Shown: positions 29,045 through 38,400 of the stretch, in pieces
How positions within the stretch are numbered: the first letter of the stretch is position 1
How the letters are laid out: every line of letters starts with the position of its first letter
Made by a program: the position numbers and the translations under genes
The notes under the pieces: generated by a model
What the model saw: only the letters and a program-made list of their open reading frames with translations
Database searches by the model: none
Told to the model about the DNA's origin: nothing
NCBI GenBank assembly: GCA_032116735.1
Contig: JAUMAK010000005.1
Location: 12,418-76,417 of the forward strand
DNA length: 64,000 nt
From: Pirellulaceae bacterium
GTDB lineage: Bacteria; Planctomycetota; Planctomycetia; Pirellulales; Pirellulaceae
Direction: 5' to 3'

Positions 29045-29617
29045 ATGATCCTATCAGGCGAGGAGATACGCCGGCATCTGGGGGCCGACATTGTGATCGA
29101 GCCGTTCAACGCGGACGATCTCAACCCGAATAGCTACAACTTGACTTTGCATGACGAGCTGCTCGTTTACGAAGAGGTCGTTCTGGATGCCGCTTCGCCC
29201 AATCGTTACGCAAGGCTGCGGATCCCGCCGGAGGGTCTGACGTTACACCCCGGCCAGCTGTACCTGGGCAGGACCGTGGAATGGACAGAGACGAAACGTT
29301 TCGTCCCGCGTATCCAAGGGCGGAGTTCTTTGGCGAGGCTCGGCCTTTTCATCTGCCCGGGGGGCAGCCTCGGGGCGGTCGGGTATCGAGGGACATGGAC
29401 GCTCGAAATGTTCGTCATTCAACCGGTGAAGGTTTACCCATCAATGAAGGCTTGCCAGATCTACTTCCACGAACTCGTTGGGGATTTGGCGCCGTACGAC
29501 GGCGGGAAGTATCAGGACAGCAATGACATCCAGCCGAGCCAGATGTATCGTGAATTCGGCGGTGAGCCTCGAGACCAGCAATTGGAGCTGAGTTTCGAGG
29601 ATCGGTTGCGTTTCTGA
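29045..29617 (+). CDS. dcd: dCTP deaminase (dUTPase-fold, housekeeping type)
   Basis: 190 aa. MILSGEEIRRHLGADIVIEPF...NPNSYNLTL..., GRSSLARLGL, and WTLEM (the Glu-containing catalytic strand). Confidence 0.9.
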   Translation: MILSGEEIRRHLGADIVIEPFNADDLNPNSYNLTLHDELLVYEEVVLDAASPNRYARLRIPPEGLTLHPGQLYLGRTVEWTETKRFVPRIQGRSSLARLGLFICPGGSLGAVGYRGTWTLEMFVIQPVKVYPSMKACQIYFHELVGDLAPYDGGKYQDSNDIQPSQMYREFGGEPRDQQLELSFEDRLRF

Positions 29618-29657
29618 ATCGGGACCGGGCCCCAGTGCACTGGCCTCTTCCCGCTGC

Positions 29658-30041
29658 TCAGCGTGGAACGCGTTTACTCTCGGCCTGTGTCGTCGTCCCG
29701 CGATAGAGGAAAACTCGTCTGGGGGCCAAGCCCGCCGCGGCGAACAGCTTGTTGATCGCCGTCATCAGCTTGTCCCATTGGTCGAGGAGGTCAGGGACCT
29801 CGAACGTGCCCGCGTCTCTGCGGCCGAACCCCCTTTCGCTGACCCGGACCTGGGTCCCGAGGTGAAGCAACGCCTCCAAAGCCAAGTGATCGCGACGTTC
29901 GCGCCGCGTGAGCCCGGCGTCGTCATAAACCCAGACTTGGTCCCCAAACGACTCGTCGAGCAGACGCAGCGCCGCCGATTCGGCGCAGTCGGCGAGCACG
30001 AGCAGGTGATGGCAACCGCAACTGACGTAGTACTTAGGCAT
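29658..30041 (-). CDS. hypothetical protein
   Basis: ORF 29658..30125. Preferred start is ATG 30041 (MPKYYVSCGCHHLLVLADC), preceded by GGAAGAA; ATG 30056 is an alternative. No motif recognised. Coding status rests on ORF length and GC3 only. Confidence 0.35.
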   Translation of the reverse strand: MPKYYVSCGCHHLLVLADCAESAALRLLDESFGDQVWVYDDAGLTRRERRDHLALEALLHLGTQVRVSERGFGRRDAGTFEVPDLLDQWDKLMTAINKLFAAAGLAPRRVFLYRGTTTQAESKRVPR

Positions 30042-30463
30042 CTTCGTTTCTTCCATGATCGGATCGTTTGATCGGGACGCGGTCGGCGACCCAGGTCGCC
30101 GCAGAGATCTCTCGGCCCCTGACACAACAAGGATCGCACCCCGGGATGACTAGATTGGTCAGCCGGCGAAACGTTTTTTTCCTCAAAGTCAAAAGCCCCG
30201 TTCCGGCTCGCCACCCTGACGATTCGGGCGGTATCCGCCGTCGGCTGTTCTGGAAGTTTGGGGTGACTGCGGGGGTTGTATTGGCCTGCATCGGGAATCT
30301 TGCTTCGGGTTGTAACGATTCGTTGCATCTGGCCGGATGCGCCGGCCGAAACGAAGCATGTTCGGTGGTGCATCCGCATCGGAGCCGACATCGAAACAAC
30401 CAATCACCCACATCCTGTCCGCGGGAAATGCTTGCGGTCGGGCTCGTTCGGAAGGAATCGACG

Positions 30464-31033
30464 ATGAACCGTTGGCAATGGATGGCGTCCTTAGGGATCC
30501 TGTTATTCAGTTCGACCGGGTGTTTGCATCATCACACCCGTCACCAGGCGGCTTGCGGCCCGGAGTGCTCGGAGTGTGATCCGGGTACGGCATGTGGTCC
30601 GATGGGGTGCCGCCGCCCGGTGCGCAGCGCGTTGGGGAACATTTTCGCTTGCGGCTGTGGACGGACGGGTTGCGTCCCGGGGCCGATCGGATGGATGCAG
30701 GGGGGATTGAACTACAGTAGTCACCTCTGTCCTTCGTATGGGACGGCCGGACATGGTTGCGGCACCGGGGCCTTCGCCGCGGGGATGGCGCACGGGGAAG
30801 CTTGTGCCAGCGGCGCATGCGGTTCGGCCGGCGCGATGGCTGGCGGTGCTTGCGGTGCGGGAGGCGTGCCGACCGGACTACCGGGGAGCGGCCCAGGGGG
30901 ATTGGCCGGGATGCACCCCCAACCGCCGATGATCAACCCGGGGCCGCCGTCTGCCCAGGTCGCCTATCCGTATTACACCCATCGTGGGCCCCGGGATTTC
31001 CTCTTGGACAACCCGCCATCGATCGGTCGCTAG
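30464..31033 (+). CDS. Cys/Gly/His-rich putative lipoprotein with a C-terminal YPYYTHRGPRDFLL motif
   Basis: ORF 30068..31033. Start moved to ATG 30464, 8 nt after GGAAGGA. Lipobox-like LLFSSTGC. 14 Cys in the ~170-aa mature part (CGPECSECDPGTACGPMGC, ACGCGRTGC, GACGSAG, GGACGAGG) plus HHHTRH. Confidence 0.5.
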   Translation: MNRWQWMASLGILLFSSTGCLHHHTRHQAACGPECSECDPGTACGPMGCRRPVRSALGNIFACGCGRTGCVPGPIGWMQGGLNYSSHLCPSYGTAGHGCGTGAFAAGMAHGEACASGACGSAGAMAGGACGAGGVPTGLPGSGPGGLAGMHPQPPMINPGPPSAQVAYPYYTHRGPRDFLLDNPPSIGR

Positions 31034-31285
31034 TCGCCGAGGTGACGAGCGGTTAGGTTTCGGCCGATTGGCGGTTGGGGGCGTCGCTCCCGGAGTGCCC
31101 CGAACCGCGGGGCGGCAATTGGCCATTAGGGTTGTGGTGCCGCCGCGGGTCACGCGGGTTGGCGGCCGCCCGTTCGTCCTGGCGTTTTCTTCGTCGCTGG
31201 GATTGTGTGCGCCGTCCGGTCCGGTCCTGGGGTATGATCACAAGGGTTTGGTTTTGTTTTGATCGAGCATGCGTGAGCGTTCGCC

Positions 31286-32260
31286 GTGGCAACAGATTTT
31301 CGACTCAAATCGCAGCTACCAGAATTGACCCAGCGGATCGTGGCGACCTATTCGCCGGACGACGGGATGAACCATCTGGGCCATTGTCCGCTGCCGAGTT
31401 ACGAGGAGATTATCGAGGCGCTGTTGGACCTGAAGGATATTCTCTATCCCGGTTACCGACGGAAGGTGGGGCTGCATAGCGGCAACATCGTTTATCACGT
31501 CGGCGGTTTGATCGATTCGTTGCACGACCGCCTCACGGTCCAAATCGGACGGGCCCTGCAGCATGAAGACCGGGTGACTCGCAAGCACCGCGACTGCGAG
31601 ACCGGTTTTGACTTCGAGGCGAAGGGCCAAGCGATGACGCTGGAGTTCCTGAAACGGATCCCCGAGCTTCGCAAGACACTCGCGACCGATGTGCGGGCCG
31701 CTTTCGAAGGGGACCCGGCATGCCAAACGACGGACGAGGTGGTTTTTTGCTACCCCGGTTTCGCGGCCACGACCGTCTATCGGATCGCACACTTGTTGTT
31801 GGAATTGGGTGTCCCGTTCATCCCCAGGATGATGACGGAATGGGCGCACAAGCAGACCGGGATCGACATCCACCCCGGGGCGACGATCGGCGAGTTCTTT
31901 TTCATCGACCACGGGACGGGTGTGGTGATCGGTGAGACGTGTGAGATCGGCCGTCACGTCAAGATTTATCAGGGGGTGACCCTCGGTGCCCTCAGCTTCC
32001 CCACCGACGCGGACGGGCAATTGATCCGGGGTCACAAGCGACACCCCACGATCGAGGACCGCGTGGTGATCTATGCCAACGCGACCGTGTTGGGCGGCCG
32101 CACGGTTGTCGGTCACGACAGCGTGATCGGGTCGAGCGTGTGGTTAACCAGGAGCGTCTCGCCGCATACCACGGTAACGCTCGAAAAACCGCAGTTGAAG
32201 GTTCGGAACGCGATCAGCGATGCCGAAGTCCTGAACGCCGATCTCAATTTTCAGATCTGA
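31286..32260 (+). CDS. cysE: serine O-acetyltransferase (long form)
   Basis: 324 aa with a GTG start. [27 protein letters not shown], then hexapeptide repeats [43 protein letters not shown]. Confidence 0.85.
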   Translation: MATDFRLKSQLPELTQRIVATYSPDDGMNHLGHCPLPSYEEIIEALLDLKDILYPGYRRKVGLHSGNIVYHVGGLIDSLHDRLTVQIGRALQHEDRVTRKHRDCETGFDFEAKGQAMTLEFLKRIPELRKTLATDVRAAFEGDPACQTTDEVVFCYPGFAATTVYRIAHLLLELGVPFIPRMMTEWAHKQTGIDIHPGATIGEFFFIDHGTGVVIGETCEIGRHVKIYQGVTLGALSFPTDADGQLIRGHKRHPTIEDRVVIYANATVLGGRTVVGHDSVIGSSVWLTRSVSPHTTVTLEKPQLKVRNAISDAEVLNADLNFQI

Positions 32261-32316
32261 GCGCGGTTGGAGGGAACTCGTAGCGCCACGACCGGAGGGG
32301 GATCGGCCAGGCCGAT

Positions 32317-33726
32317 TCACTTGGCCAGCGATACGCGGATGATCTCCTTGTCGTTGCGGATGAAGACCGATCGGTCGGCGTAGGCGGGGGCAGACCAGAC
32401 GATCTCGCGGCCGTAAGCGGTCCCGGTGGGTGCGATCAGGTGAGACCGATCGATTTCGGAGTAACCCTCGGGCGAGAGCGATGCGATCACCAAGTCGCCT
32501 GCTTCGGTGAAGAGCCAATAGCGATCGCCGTGGCGGACGATAAAGGCTGTCGCAGAATCCTGTGGCCGACCGGGGAGCGGGCCGCCCCCTTGCCAGCGGA
32601 TCTCACCGCTGGGGATCGCGACGCATCGCATTTCTCCATTTTCGTGAAAGCCGTAGAGGTAGCCGTCGGCATGAAAGGGCTGGACATTGACCGCCGACAG
32701 CCCATGTTTTTGCTTGTCTTGCCAGACGACTTCGACATCGGGCTTGTCGCTGCGGAGTTTCAGCAGCAGGTTGCGAGAACGGAAGCCGCCGATGTAGAGA
32801 TAATCGCCGGACCGGACCGGGGCCATGATGATCGATCCGTAGTCGGCCGTGTAGGGTGCGGTCCAGTAGCGTTTCCCCGTTTCGGGATCGATCCCGTCGA
32901 TCCCGTCGGGGCGAGTCAGGAGCAATTGCCGGACCCCAGCCGCTTCGATGATCGTCGGCGGCGAGTATCCCTGTTCCCGGGCCGACCCTGAGGACCAGAT
33001 CTCCGCCCCGGTGAGCTTGTCGAACGCGGCGGCGTGGGCCACGTCTTTGCCCACGACGCAGATCAGACGGTTCCCGTCGATCAGCGGGTGACCGGCGTAA
33101 CCCCACATGGCCGCCTTGGTGCGGTAATCGGCCTTCAGGTCGCGTGACCAGACCACCTTCCCGTCTTCGGCATTGAAGCAAAAGAGGTTCCCTTCGGCGC
33201 CGAGGGTGTAGACCCGATCGCCGTCGACCGTCGGCGTGCAGCGCGGCCCCGCGGGGTAAGAGATCGTGTAGGTGACAGGGTATTCGTGTTTCCATCGAAT
33301 CTCACCGGTCGCCGCATCGAGACACAGGACACGTTCGGTCCCGCTCGAAGCCTTGCGGTCGAAATTCGGATCCTTCGAATCCCCTTGGCCGACGACGTAA
33401 TCGGTGACAAAGACCCGTCCGCCGCTCACCGCAGGCCCCGCATAACCGCCGGCAACCTCCGCCCTCCACATGACCTTGGGGCCACCTTCGGGGAACCGAT
33501 CGAGGATCCCATCTTCGCGCCAAACGTTGTCCCGCTTGGGGCCCATCCACTGGGGCCAATCATCTCCCCAAGCGTCCGGTGTCAGGAGGAGGCACCCGAG
33601 GACCACGGCAGCGATCTGCCCGGCCAGGATGGCGAGCGGCCTAGCCAAGATGGGGATCGGCGCGGGCAAAATTTTCGAAACGATCCGCATCATCGAAGTT
33701 CTCCGTGGTCTGATCGACAGGGACAA
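32317..33726 (-). CDS. PQQ-like / BamB-like beta-propeller repeat protein, membrane-anchored or secreted
   Basis: 469 aa with N-terminal hydrophobic LAILAGQIAAVVLGCLLL. Repeated blade signatures DAATGEIRWKH, AEDGKVVWSR, KLTGAEIWSS, PETGKRYWTA, IPSGEIRWQG. Starts 7 nt after the upstream gene. Confidence 0.7.
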   Translation of the reverse strand: MSLSIRPRRTSMMRIVSKILPAPIPILARPLAILAGQIAAVVLGCLLLTPDAWGDDWPQWMGPKRDNVWREDGILDRFPEGGPKVMWRAEVAGGYAGPAVSGGRVFVTDYVVGQGDSKDPNFDRKASSGTERVLCLDAATGEIRWKHEYPVTYTISYPAGPRCTPTVDGDRVYTLGAEGNLFCFNAEDGKVVWSRDLKADYRTKAAMWGYAGHPLIDGNRLICVVGKDVAHAAAFDKLTGAEIWSSGSAREQGYSPPTIIEAAGVRQLLLTRPDGIDGIDPETGKRYWTAPYTADYGSIIMAPVRSGDYLYIGGFRSRNLLLKLRSDKPDVEVVWQDKQKHGLSAVNVQPFHADGYLYGFHENGEMRCVAIPSGEIRWQGGGPLPGRPQDSATAFIVRHGDRYWLFTEAGDLVIASLSPEGYSEIDRSHLIAPTGTAYGREIVWSAPAYADRSVFIRNDKEIIRVSLAK

Positions 33727-33733
33727 ATCGGCT

Positions 33734-34297
33734 TTAAGCTTTGGTGTCGTCGTAGCGAATGACTTTCACGCCGCGCCGGCCGCTGGGGAGTTTCGCGGTG
33801 ACGTTGATCTCGGTGATCGCGTAACGCCCCGGAACCCATCGCTGGTTGCTTTTCGTCGAAAAGATCTGTTGCGGCAAGACGAGCCGTTCTCCGGGGAGGA
33901 TCGGCGATTGCCGGTAGAGAAAGTATTGGCCGTTGATGTCGACGGTCAGGTTCGGAAGTTCGTGTGCGGTGCGATTGTGGATCACGATCACTTCGGTCAG
34001 GATCGCCCCTTGGCCCCCGACCGCTTCGACCGGTTCGCGGGCCACCGTCACGTCGACATCCAAAGCGGTATCGCTCGCCTTGCCGAACATCGCCGCGTAG
34101 CCGCTGAGGGCGACCAGCGGCACGAGGCAAGTCATCAGCAGCAGCAGCGTCAGGACGCGGGGCGATAGCCTACGGGTCGGGGCGATGGTGACCAGGTCGG
34201 CGGGAAGGGTTGCCCCCCCGTTTTCCCCGACCGCGGCGACGGCCGCCATGGGTTGGGCTGGCGTCGGTTGGGGATCGGCTGGGTTGGAATCGTTCAA
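33734..34297 (-). CDS. hypothetical single-pass membrane protein
   Basis: 187 aa. One TM (VLTLLLLMTCLVPLVALSGYAAMF) followed by a ~120-aa beta-rich domain. Sits between two coupled genes of the same operon. Confidence 0.45.
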   Translation of the reverse strand: MNDSNPADPQPTPAQPMAAVAAVGENGGATLPADLVTIAPTRRLSPRVLTLLLLMTCLVPLVALSGYAAMFGKASDTALDVDVTVAREPVEAVGGQGAILTEVIVIHNRTAHELPNLTVDINGQYFLYRQSPILPGERLVLPQQIFSTKSNQRWVPGRYAITEINVTAKLPSGRRGVKVIRYDDTKA

Positions 34298-34327
34298 AAT
34301 CGGCGTCGCTCCGATTGCGAGTAAGCG

Positions 34328-35455
34328 TTAGCGTTGGTAGATCGGCAAGTAATGATAGGTAACGCTCAAGCTCAGCACTGCCAAGGCCGTGGCGTAGGCT
34401 GATCCGTAGTTCCGTTCTTCCCCGCGGGTGCTCGACCACGAGCCGTCGGCGTTCTGTTCACCCAACAGGAGTTGGCTCACTGTGGCCGCGGCGTTTTCGC
34501 CATGACGCCCGCCACGCTGGTGCATCGCCTGGGCGTAGTAATAGGTCCCGTAATAAAAAAAACGCTCATCCAGCTTCGGCGGGTTTAAGAGCAACCAGTC
34601 GGCGGCCGAGAGTGCCAAGGGGGAGTTGTAGCGGCCACAGACCTGCATCGCCAAAAGCCCTGCGGCGGTCATCGCGAATGTCGGGCGGTTTTGTCCCGGC
34701 GTGTAGCTGAAACCTGCGGGTGATTCGCGGGGTTGGCCATCGGCGTTCAGGGGTGACGTGAAGGACATTTCGAGATAGCGGACCGCTTGGTCGATCGCTT
34801 CGCTGGGGATCGGTAGCCCGTCGTTCTTTGCCGATCGTAGCGCCATCAATTGCCAGACCGAGACGGAGAGGTCGGAATCGGTCGAGTCGGGGGTGTATCG
34901 CCATCCGCCTTGGTTGTTGGAGGCCTTGCGTACCCCTTGGGCCGCGAGGATCACCCGCAGCGCCGGGTCGAGGGCTTGCCGGATGTAGATGTCTTGTTGT
35001 TCGTCGGCCCCCATCCCGTTGATTTCGGTCAACATCAGCGTCGTGATCCCGTGGCCATACATCCGCGAACCGTCCGCGCGGCCGAAGTAACCTTGTGGGT
35101 CTTGCCGCACGGGGCGGCTGGCGGCGCTGGGGTTGACGACGAAGTCGATCGCCCGGCGCATGGCGAGCGACTCCTGGGTCGGGTCTGCCGGGAGGATGCC
35201 GATGCTCGCCATCGCCATGATCGCCAGCGAGGTCATCGACGTGTCGTGCCCGCGGTCGTGGATCGAGCCATCTTTTTGCTGGAGCGACAGGAGATGTTTA
35301 ACGCCATTTTGTGTGGCGCGGCGGATCGCCTGCTCGTCGGGTGCGGGGAGCTTGATCGCGTCGAGGACCTTGTCTTGGGCCAGCAGTGCTAGCGGCGCAC
35401 CGGCGACAATCCAAGCGAGCAAAAAGAGCGACACGTTCCGGGCGCGATGGTTCAT
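34328..35455 (-). CDS. secreted prenyltransferase/squalene-oxidase-repeat (alpha/alpha-toroid) protein
   Basis: ORF 34328..35581. Start moved to ATG 35455 (MNHRARNVSLFLLAWIVAGAPLALLAQ, signal peptide), which overlaps the upstream stop (ATGA). Repeats LLSLQQKDGSI, NNQGGWRYTPDSTDSDLSVSVWQLMAL, GEQNADGSWSS. Confidence 0.65.
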   Translation of the reverse strand: MNHRARNVSLFLLAWIVAGAPLALLAQDKVLDAIKLPAPDEQAIRRATQNGVKHLLSLQQKDGSIHDRGHDTSMTSLAIMAMASIGILPADPTQESLAMRRAIDFVVNPSAASRPVRQDPQGYFGRADGSRMYGHGITTLMLTEINGMGADEQQDIYIRQALDPALRVILAAQGVRKASNNQGGWRYTPDSTDSDLSVSVWQLMALRSAKNDGLPIPSEAIDQAVRYLEMSFTSPLNADGQPRESPAGFSYTPGQNRPTFAMTAAGLLAMQVCGRYNSPLALSAADWLLLNPPKLDERFFYYGTYYYAQAMHQRGGRHGENAAATVSQLLLGEQNADGSWSSTRGEERNYGSAYATALAVLSLSVTYHYLPIYQR

Positions 35456-38400
35456 CGTTCTTGCCCCTGTTCGGCGATCGCCCGGAAATAGGCTTCGATC
35501 TGGCGGCGGTATTCGGGCGAGACTTCGATCCGGCGTTGGACGCTCGTATCTTCGGCCTCGAGCTGTCGCAGGCGGCCCCACTCCCCGCCGCGGCGGGCCC
35601 CGGCCTCACCTAGCCGGAACGAATCGGGGTCACTGCCGATGCTGCCCAGGCCCGACCGCGATGAGGCGGCGGTGCCCGGTTGGCCTTGGGCGGGGTCGCC
35701 CTGTTGGGACGCGTTTTCGCCCTGGGGGCCGGGCGAGGACTCGTTTGCCGGCTGTTGGTTCGGCAAGGTTCGATTCATCGCCATCTGCTGCATCTGTCGA
35801 CGGGCTTCCGAGGCGAGTGTCGGCGAGGAAGGTCGGTTTTGGCCGGACTGATTCGCCGATCCCGAGGGGTTGGCCTGGGACCCGGATGCGAGTTGGTTCC
35901 CTTGCTGGTTCGATTGGGCGTTGGGGTCGGTGTCGCCGTTGGCTTGCTGTTGCTGTCCTGACTGCTCCGATTGCCCCGGCTGTTGGGATGGTTGGGGTTG
36001 TCCCTCTTGGCCGCGGCGTGATTGGGTCAGGGAGCGATCGAGTTCGTCGAGGGTTCGGGCGAGCTGGTTGGCCGGGTTGGCGGACTCGTCCCCCTGTTGG
36101 TTGTTGTCAGCGGATGGGTCGGGGCCCATCTTCGCGAGCTGATCCGCGAGGGCTTTGGCCTGCTGGGCGATCGCCGCTTCGGCATCCCGCAGTTTCTGGG
36201 CCGCGGCATCCGCGGGGGCAGACTGTTGGGGCTGTTGCTGTGCCGCGGAAGCGGTATCGGCAAGCGTTTGGGTCGCTTGGGCCACCGGTTCTTGGGCGAC
36301 TTTAGCGACGGCCTGGGCGACATCGCTGATCGGCTGGTGCGGGGTTTCGCTTTGGAGCCGCTGGAGATGGCGAGCGGAACGTTGGAGATTTTCGGCGGCG
36401 CGGCCGACCTCGCTTTCGACCTGGGCTTGGGTTTGGCGGGAGTTCGCCAGTGGGGTGGCCTCGCCCAGGACGGGGGCTGCCTCCGCGGCACGCTTCGCGG
36501 CCGCCGCGAGCGAATCCCTCTGTGCGGCGATCTCTTCGGCCGCCCGGTCGAGCATCGCTTCGGTCAGTTCCCCTGCGGGCCGCGGGGTGTCGAGGGCCGG
36601 CAATGGGGTCCTGCCGATTTCGGCAAGTTGCTCGCGGGTCCGGTTGGCCTCCTCGCGCCGGCGGTTCGATTCTTCCTGGGCGATCGCCTCCTTCGTTTTT
36701 TCTCCTTCGACCTTCCGTGCGGCGGCGTCGCGAAGGCGTTTCAGCTCCGGGTCGTCAGGTTTCTGGTCGAGCCGTTTTTGGGCGTCGCCCAAAGCCCGCT
36801 CGGCTTGGCGTGTTTGGCCGTTGGCGTTTCTCGCCGATTGCTCGGATTGGGATGCGGCCTGATTGGTCCGATTGACCGCGCCTCGGATCGCCCCGGCCAG
36901 CGTGTCCCGTGCTTGTCGTTGCAAGTTTTGCATGTCCCGCTGTTCTGCTTTACGGGGGTCACCTGGGATCTCCGCCTTGGGATCTTGTCGGATTTGGTCG
37001 GTCGTTTCCGCCGCCTGGTCGAAGGCCTCGGACGCCTTGCCGAGGCTTTCTCGCAAGGCTTCCGCGGTCCGTTTCAGGTCCTCCATCAGCTCCTGTTCGG
37101 CGGCGCGGATAGCGGACGCCGCCTGAGTCGCCTGTTGCAGTTGGTCGACGGCCGCGTCGAGCCGTTGGCGGTTCTCGGTGGCCGCCTTCGCGAGGGGTTC
37201 GGGCAAGCCCGGAGAAAGAAGTCTCGCGGCGGTTTGTCGGGCCGTGTGAAGTCGTGAACGTTGGACCGCCGCGGTCTGGTCGAGGGCGGTCCGGATCGCG
37301 TCTTCCAATCGGCGTTTCTCGTCAAGCAGCCTCGGGTCTTGTCGCTCCAGTTCCAGGCGGAGTTCACGTTCCCGCTGGGCCTGTTGATCGAGCGTCTGTT
37401 GGGCATCGCGGATCGATTGTCGTGCGATCCGTTGCAGTTCCTTTCGCATCGCCTCGTTACGCTTCAACTCTTGGGCGAGTTGATCGAGCATCTCGCGGGG
37501 GTCGGACCGGAGGGCTTCGGCGAGCATTTTGCTGCGTGCGAATTCCTCGTCGAGCTTCTGCTTGAGGTCGAGTTCTTCTTCGAGCGCGGCGAGATCGGCC
37601 CCCTCGTTGGCTTGCGCGTCGGGGTTATCGGGTGAACGTTGCTGTTGATAGTGGTTGGCGATCCGTTCGAGGGTTTGGGCCGCTTGGGCGAGCGGGTCGG
37701 CGGCGGCCTGCAAAGCCTCCGCGGCCGCTTGCGGCTCGGTCGCCTGTTCGGCTTGCGAGATCGCGCGGTTGGTGGCTTCGGCCGCTTCGTCCATTCGCAT
37801 CTCGAGGGCCCGCGAGGCGATATCGGCCTCGCGGGCGCGATCCATTCCCTCGCGGGTCGTCAGGTCTTGGGTATTCGCCTCGTCGATGAGCGCCTCCTTG
37901 AGTGACTCGGCTTGGGCGGCGATCTGTCGTTGGAGTTCGGCGAGCTGCTGCGATGATTCTCGCGGCTTCTCGGGCTCGGGCTGTCGCGCGGCCTGCTCCG
38001 CCTTACGGAGCGATTCGGCCGTCTCGCCGGCCATTTCGCCGAGGTCTGGCAGGTAGGCCTGAAGCCGCCGCCGCGCCTCGGCCGCGACGGGGGCCAGCCC
38101 CTCGCCGGCGGCGACCAACGCCTCTGCCTTCTTGTCGAGGTCATCGGCGAGCGAGATGGCGGGGGAACGTTGGTAGCGACGGGTCGTGATCGCACCCGCG
38201 ATTCGGGATGTTTCGGAATGATGGACGGCGTCATGGAGCGGTTGACGCACCTCCCAAGGGATCCCCGAGCGTTCGAGCGCGCCCAGCGAATGGTCGAGCC
38301 CGCGTTGCACCCTTTCCCACCTCCGCGGCGCGTCGAGCCAAGCACCTGCCGTGTCGATATCCCACCGTTCGGTGTCGGCGAGCGTTCGGAGCTCCATCAG

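Noticed and set aside
29045-29617. dCTP deaminase as a possible anti-phage nucleotide-depletion gene
   Set aside because: It is the short (190 aa) dUTPase-fold housekeeping Dcd. It has no kinase or other fused domain and no defence-type neighbours. The defensive dCTP deaminases I know of belong to a different, larger architecture.
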